This document shows, one piece after another, positions 47,908-58,749 of a stretch of DNA of 64,000 nt. The stretch is taken from the NCBI RefSeq assembly GCF_002854065.1, contig NZ_CP024147.1. The stretch is one strand, 5' to 3'. Positions within the stretch are counted from its first letter, which is position 1, and every line of letters begins with the position of its first letter. A program made the position numbers and the translations under genes. Below the pieces are notes generated by a model, which worked only from the letters and a program-made list of their open reading frames with translations, was not told the DNA's origin and ran no database searches. This DNA comes from Escherichia coli. GTDB lineage: Bacteria; Pseudomonadota; Gammaproteobacteria; Enterobacterales; Enterobacteriaceae.

Positions 47908-48816
47908 TTATTCTTCGCGAATGCCGGAAAGTTCTGCACGGGAGAGCACCAGACGGGCGCGATCGATAACCGGACCGTCCACCATCTTGCCGTTCAGGGA
48001 AACCACGCCGAGGCCTTCGCGAGCGGCGGCTTCAGCGGCTTCTACGACGCGGCGGGCGTGATCCACTTCTTTCTGGGGCGGTGCGTAGAGGTTGTGCAGC
48101 AGATCAATCTGACGCGGGTTGATCAGCGATTTGCCGTCAAAGCCCAGCTGTTTGATGTGGGCGGCTTCTTGCAGGAATCCGGCTTCGTTGTTAGCGTCGG
48201 AATAGACGGTATCGAACGCCTGAATACCCGCAGAGCGCGCGGCCTGCAAAATGGAACAGCGTGCGAACAGCAGTTCAGTTCCTTCCGGGGAGCGTTCTGT
48301 ACGCAGGTTGCGCACATAGTCTTCTGCACCGAGGGCGATACCGATCAAACGCTCGGAAGCGTGAGCGATTTCCACTGCGCGGGTAATGCCCAGCGGAGAT
48401 TCAATCGCTGCCAGCAGGCCGGTGCTGCCGGGTTCACGACCACAGGCTTTTTCGATGCGCAGGATCTCTTTTTCGATATCCAGAACATCCTGAGCGGTAT
48501 CGGTTTTCGGCAGACGCACAACGTCCGCACCACCGCGAACGACGGCTTCCAGGTCGTTAACACCCCATTCGGAATCCAGCGCGTTGACACGCACAATGGT
48601 TTCAATATCGCGATACAGCGGATGTTGCAGCGCGTGATAAACCATGCGGCGGGCGGTGTCTTTTTCACGTAATGCCACGGAGTCTTCGAGGTCAAACATC
48701 AGGGCATCTGCCGGGTAGATGAAGGAGTTGCTGACCATCGCGGCATTGGCACCAGGCACAAACAACATGCTGCGGCGGGTGCGAGTTTTACGTTGTTGCA
48801 GCGAAGCGGAAATCAT
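47908..48816 (-). CDS. citE: Citrate lyase beta subunit CitE (citryl-CoA lyase)
   Basis: Track ORF 47908..48831; recalled CitE (302 aa) starts [22 protein letters not shown]. Confidence 0.9.
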
Positions 48817-49109
48817 TGGCAATCCTCCCATGGCAGAGCCGGGATACCGCTGGCGCGTGCCAGCAGGGCTTCCAGTCGTGCACGTAAAATGCAGTCCAGT
48901 GCGCCTTTGTCATCGACATTCAGCTGTACGCCGCGCACGTTGTAGCGGGCGAGAACGTCCAGAATGGTGGTGCGAATTGCATCGCCAAACTGTTTCTCAA
49001 CGCTGCTATTGATTTGCAGGTCGATATCCTGCGTATCGAGTGGGGCGATGCGTATCATCACATCCCCAGACTCAAGGGTGCCTGCAACGGCGGGCTGGTT
49101 TATTTTCAT
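48813..49109 (-). CDS. citD: Citrate lyase acyl carrier protein CitD (gamma subunit)
   Basis: 98-aa [27 protein letters not shown]... Confidence 0.9.
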
Positions 49110-49123
49110 TTTTCACCTGTTTC

Positions 49124-50182
49124 TCATGCGGGGGTCTTTTGACGAGCTGCCGCGTCCTGGCGGGAGTGCTCAAGCAGGTTCTGCAAATAATGCAGCGTGA
49201 CTGCAGGGACCAGCGGCGCGATAGCCGTGAGATCGTTTTTCGCCAGCAGTTGACGTACCCGGGAAGCGGATATCGGCATCTCCTGGTAACGCAGCCGCTC
49301 AATTTCAACCAGTTCGATGGGCGGTGCGGAGATAGTCGGCGTTTCCAGCCAGTAGCGCATATCCTGGTTGTACTGGGCGGTAACGCGACAAAAGGGTTCA
49401 GTACCGACAAAGCGGTGAGTTACACCCAGCGCGGGAGCGAGGTACTGACGGAAAATCTTCAGATCAATTTCGGTGTAACAATGGTTAATGACGCTCTGTT
49501 CTTTAATGAAGTAGCAAGGGAACGTAGCGCGGGAGATGATGTATTCGGAGCCGCGATGCACAGTCAGGCGTGGAATATCGGCGGTGCCTTTTAACACCAG
49601 ATCCAGCCGGTCTTCATAGGGGAAGCGTGAAGAATCTTCTTTGACTAAAAACAGATGCAACCAGTCGCACTGTGCCGCAGCTTGTTGAATCAGATAACGG
49701 TGACCCTTCGTAAAGGGATTGGCGTTCATCACAATGCAGCCAATCTTGTTCCCGGGATGACGAAATTTTTTCAGCGATTCGGCATAGCGTTTCAATCGCG
49801 TGGCGCTGTTTTCCATCAGCACCATCACGCCTGGTACGCTGGTCAACGTGGAAAAACCGCACTGGCGGAACAGCGCCTCGTATTCGGTTTTGGTATAAAT
49901 AAACAGATGCGTGCTGTGCCGCTCATAGGCGAGGTTTATCAGTTCAGTGGCTAATGTCAGCGCCAGTCCTTCACCGCGAACGGATTCACTGATAGCAACG
50001 CATTTAATAATATTTCCGGCAATTCCACCGCACGCGATAAGCTTTTCATCGCGGGTTACGGTAATAAATACTTCGACTGTGGTGTCAACGCTCAAATCAT
50101 TTTCATGCAGGAATTGGGCGATTTTCGCCATTTTTTTATTTTCTGAACGTTTTACGCGGGTGAAAATATCATTGCCGAACAT
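49124..50182 (-). CDS. citC: [Citrate (pro-3S)-lyase] ligase CitC
   Basis: Track ORF 49124..50269; recalled CitC (352 aa) starts MFGNDIFTRVKRSENKKM. Confidence 0.85.
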   Translation of the reverse strand: MFGNDIFTRVKRSENKKMAKIAQFLHENDLSVDTTVEVFITVTRDEKLIACGGIAGNIIKCVAISESVRGEGLALTLATELINLAYERHSTHLFIYTKTEYEALFRQCGFSTLTSVPGVMVLMENSATRLKRYAESLKKFRHPGNKIGCIVMNANPFTKGHRYLIQQAAAQCDWLHLFLVKEDSSRFPYEDRLDLVLKGTADIPRLTVHRGSEYIISRATFPCYFIKEQSVINHCYTEIDLKIFRQYLAPALGVTHRFVGTEPFCRVTAQYNQDMRYWLETPTISAPPIELVEIERLRYQEMPISASRVRQLLAKNDLTAIAPLVPAVTLHYLQNLLEHSRQDAAARQKTPA

Positions 50183-50561
50183 AATAAATAGTATCCTGAA
50201 GGTGCATGTTGTTATCGATTTGCAACGAATGTTGTTCAATGTTGCAAACTGATAACCTTTTATTTTCACTTGGGAGAAAGGGGGGTGATCGAGGTATATC
50301 TTTTTCTCCTTTCGCTATACATCCTAAGGAGTATTTTGGCGTGAAATTTTGATTTATTTCACATAGAGTTAGTGGTTTTTTATTTATTTAATAGTTTTAA
50401 GTTTTTTAATTAATGTAATTACGAAATGACCCGCAGGTTTAATTGATTTAATTGATTTAATGAATGAAATTTGCCACGATTATAATTAATATCTATGTAT
50501 TTTGATTCAACATTTTAATTACATCCGTCAAAGAGGATCGGGACAACCCGCAAGGAAAACA
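50183..50561 (+). promoter_or_regulatory. AT-rich divergent citC / citA control region with short tandem direct repeats (aattgattt x2 near 50441..50470)
   Basis: About 380 bp of AT-rich sequence between divergent operons; this spacer is a reported target of the DpiA (CitB) response regulator. Confidence 0.5.
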
Positions 50562-52220
50562 ATGTTGCAGCTTAACGAGAATAAACAGTTTGCATTTTTC
50601 CAAAGACTGGCATTTCCGCTGCGTATCTTTTTGCTGATTCTGGTGTTCTCAATATTTGTCATTGCAGCCCTGGCGCAATATTTTACGGCCAGTTTTGAGG
50701 ACTATTTAACGCTTCATGTACGCGACATGGCAATGAATCAGGCGAAAATTATTGCTTCTAATGACAGTATCATCAGCGCAGTAAAAACGCGTGACTACAA
50801 ACGGCTGGCGACCATCGCTAACAAATTACAAAGAGATACCGATTTTGATTATGTGGTGATTGGCGACCGGCACTCGATCCGCCTTTACCATCCTAATCCG
50901 GAGAAAATTGGTTATCCTATGCAGTTCACCAAACAGGGCGCGCTGGAGAAAGGGGAGAGCTACTTCATTACCGGGAAAGGGTCAATGGGTATGGCGATGC
51001 GCGCCAAAACGCCAATCTTTGATGACGATGGAAAAGTCATCGGCGTGGTGTCGATTGGCTACCTGGTGAGTAAAATCGATAGCTGGCGGGCTGAGTTTTT
51101 ATTACCGATGGCAGGTGTGTTTGTCGTGCTGTTAGGGATTCTGATGTTGCTGTCGTGGTTCCTGGCCGCGCATATCCGTCGGCAGATGATGGGCATGGAG
51201 CCAAAGCAAATCGCACGCGTGGTCCGTCAGCAAGAGGCGCTGTTTAGTTCGGTTTATGAAGGGCTGATTGCGGTGGATCCGCACGGTTACATTACCGCCA
51301 TCAATCGTAACGCAAGAAAGATGCTGGGGCTGAGTTCCCCCGGACGGCAATGGTTGGGTAAACCCATTGCTGAAGTGGTCAGGCCCGCCGATTTCTTTAC
51401 CGAACAGATTGATGAAAAACGTCAGGATGTGGTGGCTAACTTTAACGGTCTGAGCGTTATTGCCAATCGGGAAGCTATTCGTTCAGGTGATGATTTGCTG
51501 GGGGCCATTATCAGCTTTCGTAGTAAAGACGAAATTTCCACCCTCAATGCGCAACTGACGCAAATAAAACAATACGTCGAGAGCCTTCGTACATTGCGAC
51601 ACGAGCATCTCAATTGGATGTCGACGCTCAATGGTCTGTTGCAGATGAAAGAGTATGATCGCGTGCTGGCGATGGTGCAGGGGGAGTCTCAGGCCCAGCA
51701 ACAGCTTATTGACAGTCTGCGCGAGGCGTTTGCCGATCGCCAGGTGGCGGGGCTGCTTTTTGGTAAAGTGCAGCGCGCCCGCGAACTGGGGCTAAAAATG
51801 ATCATCGTCCCCGGTAGCCAGCTTTCGCAACTGCCGCCAGGACTGGATAGCACCGAGTTTGCCGCCATTGTTGGCAATTTACTTGATAACGCCTTCGAAG
51901 CCAGCCTGCGTAGCGATGAAGGAAACAAGATCGTTGAATTATTCCTCAGCGATGAAGGCGATGATGTGGTGATTGAAGTCACCGATCAGGGCTGCGGCGT
52001 TCCAGAGTCTCTACGAGACAAAATATTTGAGCAGGGGGTCAGTACGCGTGCTGACGAGCCCGGTGAACATGGCATTGGGTTGTACTTGATTGCCAGCTAC
52101 GTAACGCGCTGCGGTGGTGTTATCACTCTCGAAGATAATGATCCCTGCGGTACCTTATTTTCAATCTATATTCCGAAAGTGAAACCTAATGACAGCTCCA
52201 TTAACCCTATTGATCGTTGA
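50562..52220 (+). CDS. citA: Citrate-sensing histidine kinase CitA (DpiB)
   Basis: Track ORF 50502..52220; recalled DpiB (552 aa) starts MLQLNENKQFAFF; two TM segments around a periplasmic sensor domain, then histidine-kinase ATPase motifs. Confidence 0.9.
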   Translation: MLQLNENKQFAFFQRLAFPLRIFLLILVFSIFVIAALAQYFTASFEDYLTLHVRDMAMNQAKIIASNDSIISAVKTRDYKRLATIANKLQRDTDFDYVVIGDRHSIRLYHPNPEKIGYPMQFTKQGALEKGESYFITGKGSMGMAMRAKTPIFDDDGKVIGVVSIGYLVSKIDSWRAEFLLPMAGVFVVLLGILMLLSWFLAAHIRRQMMGMEPKQIARVVRQQEALFSSVYEGLIAVDPHGYITAINRNARKMLGLSSPGRQWLGKPIAEVVRPADFFTEQIDEKRQDVVANFNGLSVIANREAIRSGDDLLGAIISFRSKDEISTLNAQLTQIKQYVESLRTLRHEHLNWMSTLNGLLQMKEYDRVLAMVQGESQAQQQLIDSLREAFADRQVAGLLFGKVQRARELGLKMIIVPGSQLSQLPPGLDSTEFAAIVGNLLDNAFEASLRSDEGNKIVELFLSDEGDDVVIEVTDQGCGVPESLRDKIFEQGVSTRADEPGEHGIGLYLIASYVTRCGGVITLEDNDPCGTLFSIYIPKVKPNDSSINPIDR

Positions 52221-52869
52221 GGACGAAACGCCGCTGGCAGAGATGCATGCGGAATATATTCGTCACATTCCCGGATTCAGTCAGATATTACTGGCGGGAA
52301 ACCTGGCGCAGGCCCGAATGATGATCGAGCGTTTTAAGCCGGGGCTAATCTTGCTCGATAACTATCTTCCTGACGGTAGAGGGATTAATTTATTGCATGA
52401 ACTGGTGCAGGCGCATTATCCCGGCGACGTGGTGTTTACCACTGCAGCCAGCGATATGGAAACGGTGTCTGAAGCCGTACGTTGTGGTGTATTTGATTAT
52501 CTCATTAAGCCAATTGCCTATGAACGGCTGGGGCAAACGCTAACCCGTTTCCGCCAGCGTAAACATATGCTGGAAAGTATTGATAGCGCCAGCCAGAAGC
52601 AAATTGATGAGATGTTTAATGCTTATGCTCGCGGTGAACCTAAGGACGAGCTACCGACCGGCATTGACCCCTTGACGCTAAACGCGGTGCGAAAACTGTT
52701 CAAAGAGCCGGGTGTGCAACATACGGCAGAAACGGTGGCGCAGGCACTGACCATCAGTCGCACCACTGCCAGGCGTTATCTTGAATATTGCGCCAGCCGC
52801 CATCTGATTATTGCTGAAATTGTTCACGGCAAAGTTGGCAGACCGCAACGCATATACCACAGTGGGTGA
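52189..52869 (+). CDS. citB: Response regulator CitB (DpiA)
   Basis: 226-aa ORF with receiver-domain features (LLIVEDE, ILLD aspartate); overlaps the citA 3' end by 32 nt. Confidence 0.9.
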   Translation: MTAPLTLLIVEDETPLAEMHAEYIRHIPGFSQILLAGNLAQARMMIERFKPGLILLDNYLPDGRGINLLHELVQAHYPGDVVFTTAASDMETVSEAVRCGVFDYLIKPIAYERLGQTLTRFRQRKHMLESIDSASQKQIDEMFNAYARGEPKDELPTGIDPLTLNAVRKLFKEPGVQHTAETVAQALTISRTTARRYLEYCASRHLIIAEIVHGKVGRPQRIYHSG

Positions 52870-52909
52870 CATGATAAAGCCGGAGGAAACTTGCCTCCGG
52901 CATTACTAT

Positions 52910-54295
52910 TTACTTGCCTGTGACCGCTGCTGCTGTTCCTGGCACCATCAGCTCTGTAGCAACGATAACAATCACCAGCCCAACAAGCACCGGCACCGAG
53001 GTGCGTTTTACGACTTCAAATGGTGAGATTTTCGCCATCCCGGCAACCGCAACGACTACGCCAGAAACGGGCGAAAGGGTACGGCCGAGGTTTGACGCCT
53101 GCAGCATCGGGATAGTCAAATACGCCGGGTTAATGCCGGAAGAGTGCGCCAGTTTCGGGATCATCTCAACAAACGCATAAAACGGCGCATTGCCTGAACC
53201 GGTCGTGACTGCCGCCAGCATTGTCAGAATCACCAATACCAGCATCAGGATGATACTCGCCGAACCAAACGAGGTAGCGATAGAAATCAGACTTTGAATA
53301 AAGCCGATGGTGCTAAGCCCCTGAGCGAATACCCCAGCGGCAACCAGCAGCATCACCACGTTAGCAAACGCATCTGCCATCCCGCGATAAGCCACTTCCA
53401 GACCAGAGAAAACTTTCTGGGTATTAAAGCTGCGGAGGAACTCCAGAATGGAGGCAATCAGCATACAAATCACCAGAATAGTGATGATGTGTAATTGCGG
53501 ACCCCATTTACCGTCAAAAATCAGTACACCGATGATCGGCGTGAACGGCAAAATGGCATAAAACGCAGGAGCAGTGGTGGTGATTTCACTGACATCTAAC
53601 ATTTCATGAGAGATGTGCTCTTTTTTATCCAGATAACGTTGCCAGAAGAAGTGGGCGATCGCCATGCCGATAATTGCAGCAATTGAGATAGGCAGCGTCG
53701 TTTTGAAGGCGAAGTCAATCAGCGACATTTCGGAAGCTTGCGCCGCCAGCACCACATCCCCTGAAGTCGGTGCGAGAATAATCGCCGCCGGGGAGGCACA
53801 AATGGCAGCTGCTGCCCCACGACTGATACCAACGTTTACCATCACCGGAAACAGGGTTGCCATCAGCAAAACACCCAGACCGGTTGCGGAAGAGACGGCC
53901 AGTGACATCAGACAGGCAACAAAATAGGCGGCAATCATCAGCAGGTAGGGGGAGTTAATATACTGCAATGGTTTTGACGCCAGCTTGACCACCATATCAT
54001 TCGCGCCGATATGGGTCATGTAAGCGGCAAAGCCACACAGCATCATAATCATCATGCCGAGGTCGCCGCCGCGGCTCATTAGCAATATTTTAACGTATTC
54101 AACGATATCCGTGGCGCTGTAGCCTGTTGAAGCTTGGCTGGACGGTAACACTTTGTGCCCCATAATGGCACTGATAATCAGCAATAACAGGCCACCGACA
54201 AATAACACACCAGTGGCGGAATACCCTTTAATGATGTAGCGAGCTACACCCACAATAACCACAACCCCAATAAGGAGTTCAATGAATGTCAGCAT
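52910..54295 (-). CDS. dcuC: Anaerobic C4-dicarboxylate transporter DcuC
   Basis: 461-aa polytopic membrane ORF matching recalled DcuC. Confidence 0.9.
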   Translation of the reverse strand: MLTFIELLIGVVVIVGVARYIIKGYSATGVLFVGGLLLLIISAIMGHKVLPSSQASTGYSATDIVEYVKILLMSRGGDLGMMIMMLCGFAAYMTHIGANDMVVKLASKPLQYINSPYLLMIAAYFVACLMSLAVSSATGLGVLLMATLFPVMVNVGISRGAAAAICASPAAIILAPTSGDVVLAAQASEMSLIDFAFKTTLPISIAAIIGMAIAHFFWQRYLDKKEHISHEMLDVSEITTTAPAFYAILPFTPIIGVLIFDGKWGPQLHIITILVICMLIASILEFLRSFNTQKVFSGLEVAYRGMADAFANVVMLLVAAGVFAQGLSTIGFIQSLISIATSFGSASIILMLVLVILTMLAAVTTGSGNAPFYAFVEMIPKLAHSSGINPAYLTIPMLQASNLGRTLSPVSGVVVAVAGMAKISPFEVVKRTSVPVLVGLVIVIVATELMVPGTAAAVTGK

Positions 54296-54880
54296 AATTT
54301 TTCCTGTCTCCAGGCCCCAAAGTAAATAATAAAAAATTCCTAAAGCTTAAGGAAAAAATATGCCCAATAAATTGGCGGTGGATGCTGATTAAAATCAAGA
54401 AAAACTGCCATTAAGACATTGAAGTTGCTGTTTTTATACGTAGATAACAAAACGCATATTTAGCGGTTGGCAATTATCACATAATAATGTGTGTAAATTG
54501 ATGGAGGATTGATGCAAATTTGTTAATCGCAATGGTGTTAGCTGCGGTTGCGTGCTCAGAAAATAATCTACCATGAGCATGGGTTGACGATATATATTAT
54601 ATGCTTCGTTAAGATGATTGTTGTATTTCATTGAAAAATAAAGAAATATTTCCTTGATTGCATTTTGTCATCAAAAAAGACTTGGTTTTTTTTTGACTAT
54701 TCCCATCGAAGAAAACGACGCATCATCTTTAATCGATGCGCGGAAATATTTAACTTAAACAAGCGGAAATAAATAGAGCAGCTATTCAGATTATTCTTTA
54801 TGTTGGGGCTATTAAGGTTATGTTAATTGTAGCTTTGCTATGCTAGTAGTAGATTTTTGATAAATGTTTTATGGTCACAA

Positions 54881-55441
54881 ATGAACGTGAGTAAATATGT
54901 CGCTATCTTTTCCTTTGTTTTTATTCAGTTAATCAGCGTTGGTAAAGCTTTTGCTAACGCAGATGAGTGGATGACAACGTTTAGAGAAAATATTGCACAA
55001 ACCTGGCAACAGCCTGAACATTATGATTTATATATTCCTGCCATCACCTGGCATGCACGTTTCGCTTACGACAAAGAAAAAACCGATCGCTATAACGAGC
55101 GACCGTGGGGTGGCGGTTTTGGCCTGTCGCGTTGGGATGAAAAAGGAAACTGGCATGGCCTGTATGCCATGGCATTTAAGGACTCGTGGAACAAATGGGA
55201 ACCGATTGCCGGATACGGATGGGAAAGTACCTGGCGACCGCTGGCGGATGAAAATTTTCATTTAGGTCTGGGATTCACCGCTGGCGTAACGGCACGTGAT
55301 AACTGGAATTACATCCCTCTCCCGGTTCTACTGCCATTGGCCTCCGTGGGTTATGGTCCAGTGACTTTTCAGATGACCTATATTCCGGGTACCTACAACA
55401 ATGGCAATGTGTACTTTGCCTGGATGCGCTTTCAGTTTTGA
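54881..55441 (+). CDS. pagP: Lipid A palmitoyltransferase PagP (CrcA)
   Basis: Track ORF 54857..55441; recalled PagP (186 aa) starts [25 protein letters not shown]. Confidence 0.9.
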   Translation: MNVSKYVAIFSFVFIQLISVGKAFANADEWMTTFRENIAQTWQQPEHYDLYIPAITWHARFAYDKEKTDRYNERPWGGGFGLSRWDEKGNWHGLYAMAFKDSWNKWEPIAGYGWESTWRPLADENFHLGLGFTAGVTARDNWNYIPLPVLLPLASVGYGPVTFQMTYIPGTYNNGNVYFAWMRFQF

Positions 55442-55615
55442 GACAAATGAAGTTTTAGTAAATTCTTTAAAATCAATGAGTAAAATAATTAACATCAAAA
55501 ATAACGCGACTTTTATCACTTTTTAGTAAAGTTGCACTGGACAAAGCGTACCACAATTGGTGTACTGGTAACCGACACAGCATTTGTGTCTATTTTTCAT
55601 GTAAAGGTAATTTTG

Positions 55616-55825
55616 ATGTCTAAGATTAAAGGTAACGTTAAGTGGTTTAATGAGTCCAAAGGATTCGGTTTCATTACTCCGGAAGACGGCAGCAAAGACG
55701 TGTTCGTACACTTCTCTGCAATCCAGACTAATGGTTTTAAAACTCTTGCTGAAGGTCAGCGCGTAGAGTTCGAAATCACTAACGGTGCCAAAGGCCCTTC
55801 TGCTGCAAACGTAATCGCTCTGTAA
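55616..55825 (+). CDS. cspE: Cold-shock-domain protein CspE
   Basis: Track ORF 55532..55825; recalled CspE (69 aa) starts [20 protein letters not shown]. Confidence 0.95.
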
Positions 55826-55845
55826 GATACGTCAGCAAGAATTCA

Positions 55846-55873
55846 AAACCCGCTTAATCAGCGGGTTTTTTTT
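55846..55873. terminator. Bidirectional rho-independent terminator between convergent cspE and crcB
   Basis: aaacccgcttaatcagcgggttttttttg: hairpin flanked by an A-run and a T-run. Confidence 0.7.
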
Positions 55874-55878
55874 GGTCT

Positions 55879-56262
55879 TTAGTGTGCGGTTGAGGCCGAA
55901 AACAGCCAGAAAGCCAGTGCGGTCATGGCAAAAGACCCCAGAAGGTTGACGAAAACGTTCAGTAACGCCCAGCCAAAGCGGCCCTCTTGTAACAAAAACA
56001 CCACTTCTGCCGAAAATGTTGAGAAGGTTGTTAGACCGCCACAAAATCCGGTGGTGATTAATACTTTCCACACGGGATCAATGTTCGTCATCCTGCTGAA
56101 CCAGGCGAATCCCATTCCTATGATGAATGCCCCAATCAGGTTTGCTGCCAGCGTCCCCAACGGAATCGCCTGATGCAGCGGGTTAAATCGCATACTTAAC
56201 AGCCATCTCGCCACGCTTCCTGTACCACCGCCAATAAAAACTGCTAAAAGAAGTTGTAACAC
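55879..56262 (-). CDS. crcB: Fluoride ion channel CrcB (Fluc)
   Basis: 127-aa 4-TM ORF matching recalled CrcB. Confidence 0.9.
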
Positions 56263-56354
56263 TGCAAAATCCTGCTATTTGATTTGTATGAGTGATAAGT
56301 GTAACGCCGAATAATCGTCGTTGGCGAATTTTACGACTCTGACAGGAGGTGGCA

Positions 56355-57143
56355 ATGCTGGTTGCTGCAGGACAGTTTGCTGTTACATCTGTGTGGGAAA
56401 AGAACGCTGAGATTTGTGCCTCGTTGATGGCGCAGGCGGCGGAAAACGACGTATCGCTGTTTGTCCTGCCGGAAGCATTGCTGGCACGCGATGATCATGA
56501 TGCAGATCTATCGGTTAAATCAGCACAGCTGCTGGAAGGCGAATTCCTCGGACGTTTACGGCGAGAAAGTAAACGTAACATGATGACGACAATTCTGACG
56601 ATTCATGTTCCTTCAACGCCGGGGCGCGCATGGAATATGCTGGTGGCACTTCAGGCAGGAAACATCGTCGCCCGTTATGCCAAACTGCATCTCTATGATG
56701 CATTTGCCATTCAGGAATCACGCCGTGTTGATGCTGGTAATGAAATCGCTCCGTTACTGGAGGTGGAAGGGATGAAGGTCGGTCTGATGACCTGTTATGA
56801 CTTACGCTTTCCAGAGCTGGCGCTGGCACAGGCATTACAGGGAGCTGAAATCCTGGTACTTCCTGCCGCCTGGGTTCGCGGGCCGCTCAAAGAGCATCAC
56901 TGGTCAACGTTGCTTGCCGCTCGTGCGCTGGATACCACCTGTTATATGGTGGCGGCGGGGGAGTGCGGGAACAAAAATATCGGGCAAAGCCGGATTATAG
57001 ATCCCTTTGGCGTCACCATTGCGGCAGCGTCAGAAATGCCTGCACTCATTATGGCGGAAGTGACGCCCGAACGTGTGCGTCAGGTGCGCGCGCAACTGCC
57101 CGTCTTAAACAACCGTCGCTTTGCGCCGCCGCAATTATTATGA
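56355..57143 (+). CDS. ybeM: Carbon-nitrogen hydrolase (nitrilase superfamily) YbeM, apparently intact here
   Basis: Track ORF 56349..57143 (GTG start); the ATG at 56355 gives a 262-aa ORF matching recalled YbeM. Confidence 0.8.
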
Positions 57144-57271
57144 TGTTTTTTTACTCGGCGCTTGATTCACCTTGTTACAGATTGCTATTGTGTGCGCGCG
57201 TCGAATGACCGTTAATATTCTCTGGTTTTTAAGGCGCGTTCTGTTGCCGGTTATATGTCAAGAAGGTATCT

Positions 57272-57475
57272 ATGGGTGAGATTAGTATTACCAAACTGCT
57301 GGTAGTTGCGGCGCTGGTCGTTCTGCTGTTTGGGACTAAGAAGTTACGTACGCTGGGCGGAGACCTTGGAGCGGCCATTAAAGGGTTCAAGAAGGCGATG
57401 AATGATGACGATGCTGCGGCGAAAAAAGGCGCAGACGTTGATCTTCAGGCTGAAAAGCTCTCTCATAAAGAGTGA
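57272..57475 (+). CDS. tatE: Twin-arginine translocase subunit TatE
   Basis: 67-aa [36 protein letters not shown]... (TatA/E family). Confidence 0.95.
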   Translation: MGEISITKLLVVAALVVLLFGTKKLRTLGGDLGAAIKGFKKAMNDDDAAAKKGADVDLQAEKLSHKE

Positions 57476-57514
57476 CGTGGCGAGCAGGACGCTCCCTCAA
57501 TATCTTGTTCGATA

Positions 57515-57546
57515 CAAAAAACCCGCTTCAAAAAGCGGGTTTTTTA
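57515..57546. terminator. Bidirectional rho-independent terminator between convergent tatE and lipA
   Basis: aaaaaacccgcttcaaaaagcgggttttttat: perfect hairpin flanked by A- and T-runs. Confidence 0.75.
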
Positions 57547-57575
57547 TCAGACAGATGTAAGTAATTATTACAGGA

Positions 57576-58541
57576 TTACTTAACTTCCATCCCTTTCGCC
57601 TGCAAATCGGCGTGGTAAGAAGAGCGGACAAACGGACCGCATGCAGCATGGGTAAAGCCCATCGCCAGCGCTTCGGCTTTCATTTCGTCGAACTCATCCG
57701 GGCTAACGTAACGTTGAACCGGCAGGTGATGGCGGCTTGGCTGCAAATATTGCCCCAGCGTTAACATCGTCACACCATGACGGCGCAGGTCGCGCATTAC
57801 CTCAATAATTTCTTCATTGGTTTCACCCAGTCCCACCATCAGACCAGACTTGGTCGGGATTTCCGGATGTGCTTCTTTAAAGCGTTCCAGCAGCTTCAGC
57901 GACCAGTTGTAATCTGCACCAGGCCGTACCTGACGGTAAATACGCGGTACGTTTTCCAGGTTATGGTTGAACACATCTGGTGGCGTTGCAGTCAGAATAT
58001 CCAGAGCACGATCCATACGACCGCGGAAATCCGGCACCAGAGTTTCAATTTTGATTTGCGGGCTTTTTTCCCGAATGGCAGTAATGCAATCCGCAAAGTG
58101 CTGGGCACCGCCATCGCGCAGGTCATCACGGTCAACGGAGGTGATAACCACATAACGCAGCGCCATATCGGCAATGGTCTGCGCCAGTTTCACTGGCTCA
58201 TTGGCATCAGGAGCTACCGGCCGACCGTGGGCAACGTCACAGAACGGACAACGGCGGGTACAAATAGCGCCGAGGATCATAAACGTTGCTGTGCCGTGGT
58301 TGAAGCATTCCGCCAGGTTAGGGCAGGAGGCTTCCTCGCAGACAGAATGCAGGCCATTTTTGCGCATTGCGGCTTTGATGCCCTGGATACGTGTAGAGTC
58401 CGCTGGAAGCTTGATTTTCATCCATTCCGGCTTGCGCAGCAGGGCTTCGCGCTCTGTTGCCACGTTTTTAACCGGGATAAGGGCCATCTTATCGGCATCG
58501 CGGTATTTAACACCGCGTTCCATCACAATGGGTTTACTCAT
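57576..58541 (-). CDS. lipA: Lipoyl synthase LipA (radical SAM)
   Basis: 321-aa ORF with two cysteine clusters for the [4Fe-4S] centres; matches recalled LipA. Confidence 0.95.
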
Positions 58542-58749
58542 AGCGTGCGTGTTCCAGTTGCGAATTACGAAGGAAAGCGTTTCAATTCAATAGATTGTTG
58601 TAATTATCAACTATTTTTGAATTAACGACTGGCAGTATATCATTGAAACGGACCTGAAAGCAGCCAAAGCGGTCGCGAAAATGTAAAATTGTTGTTGGAT
58701 TGTGCCATTTTATCGTTCTGCGCTGTGATCTGGCTGTAACAATACTTTT

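Noticed and set aside
47899-48672. 257-aa plus-strand ORF antisense to citE (TTG start)
   Set aside because: Same reasoning: antisense to a conserved gene, non-canonical start, no recognisable protein features.
56263-56354. Fluoride riboswitch (crcB motif) upstream of crcB
   Set aside because: I could not find the conserved crcB-motif stems in the short crcB upstream region, and as far as I recall E. coli crcB lacks this riboswitch.
57777-58625. 282-aa plus-strand ORF antisense to lipA
   Set aside because: Antisense to lipA, no recognisable motifs; treated as a shadow ORF.
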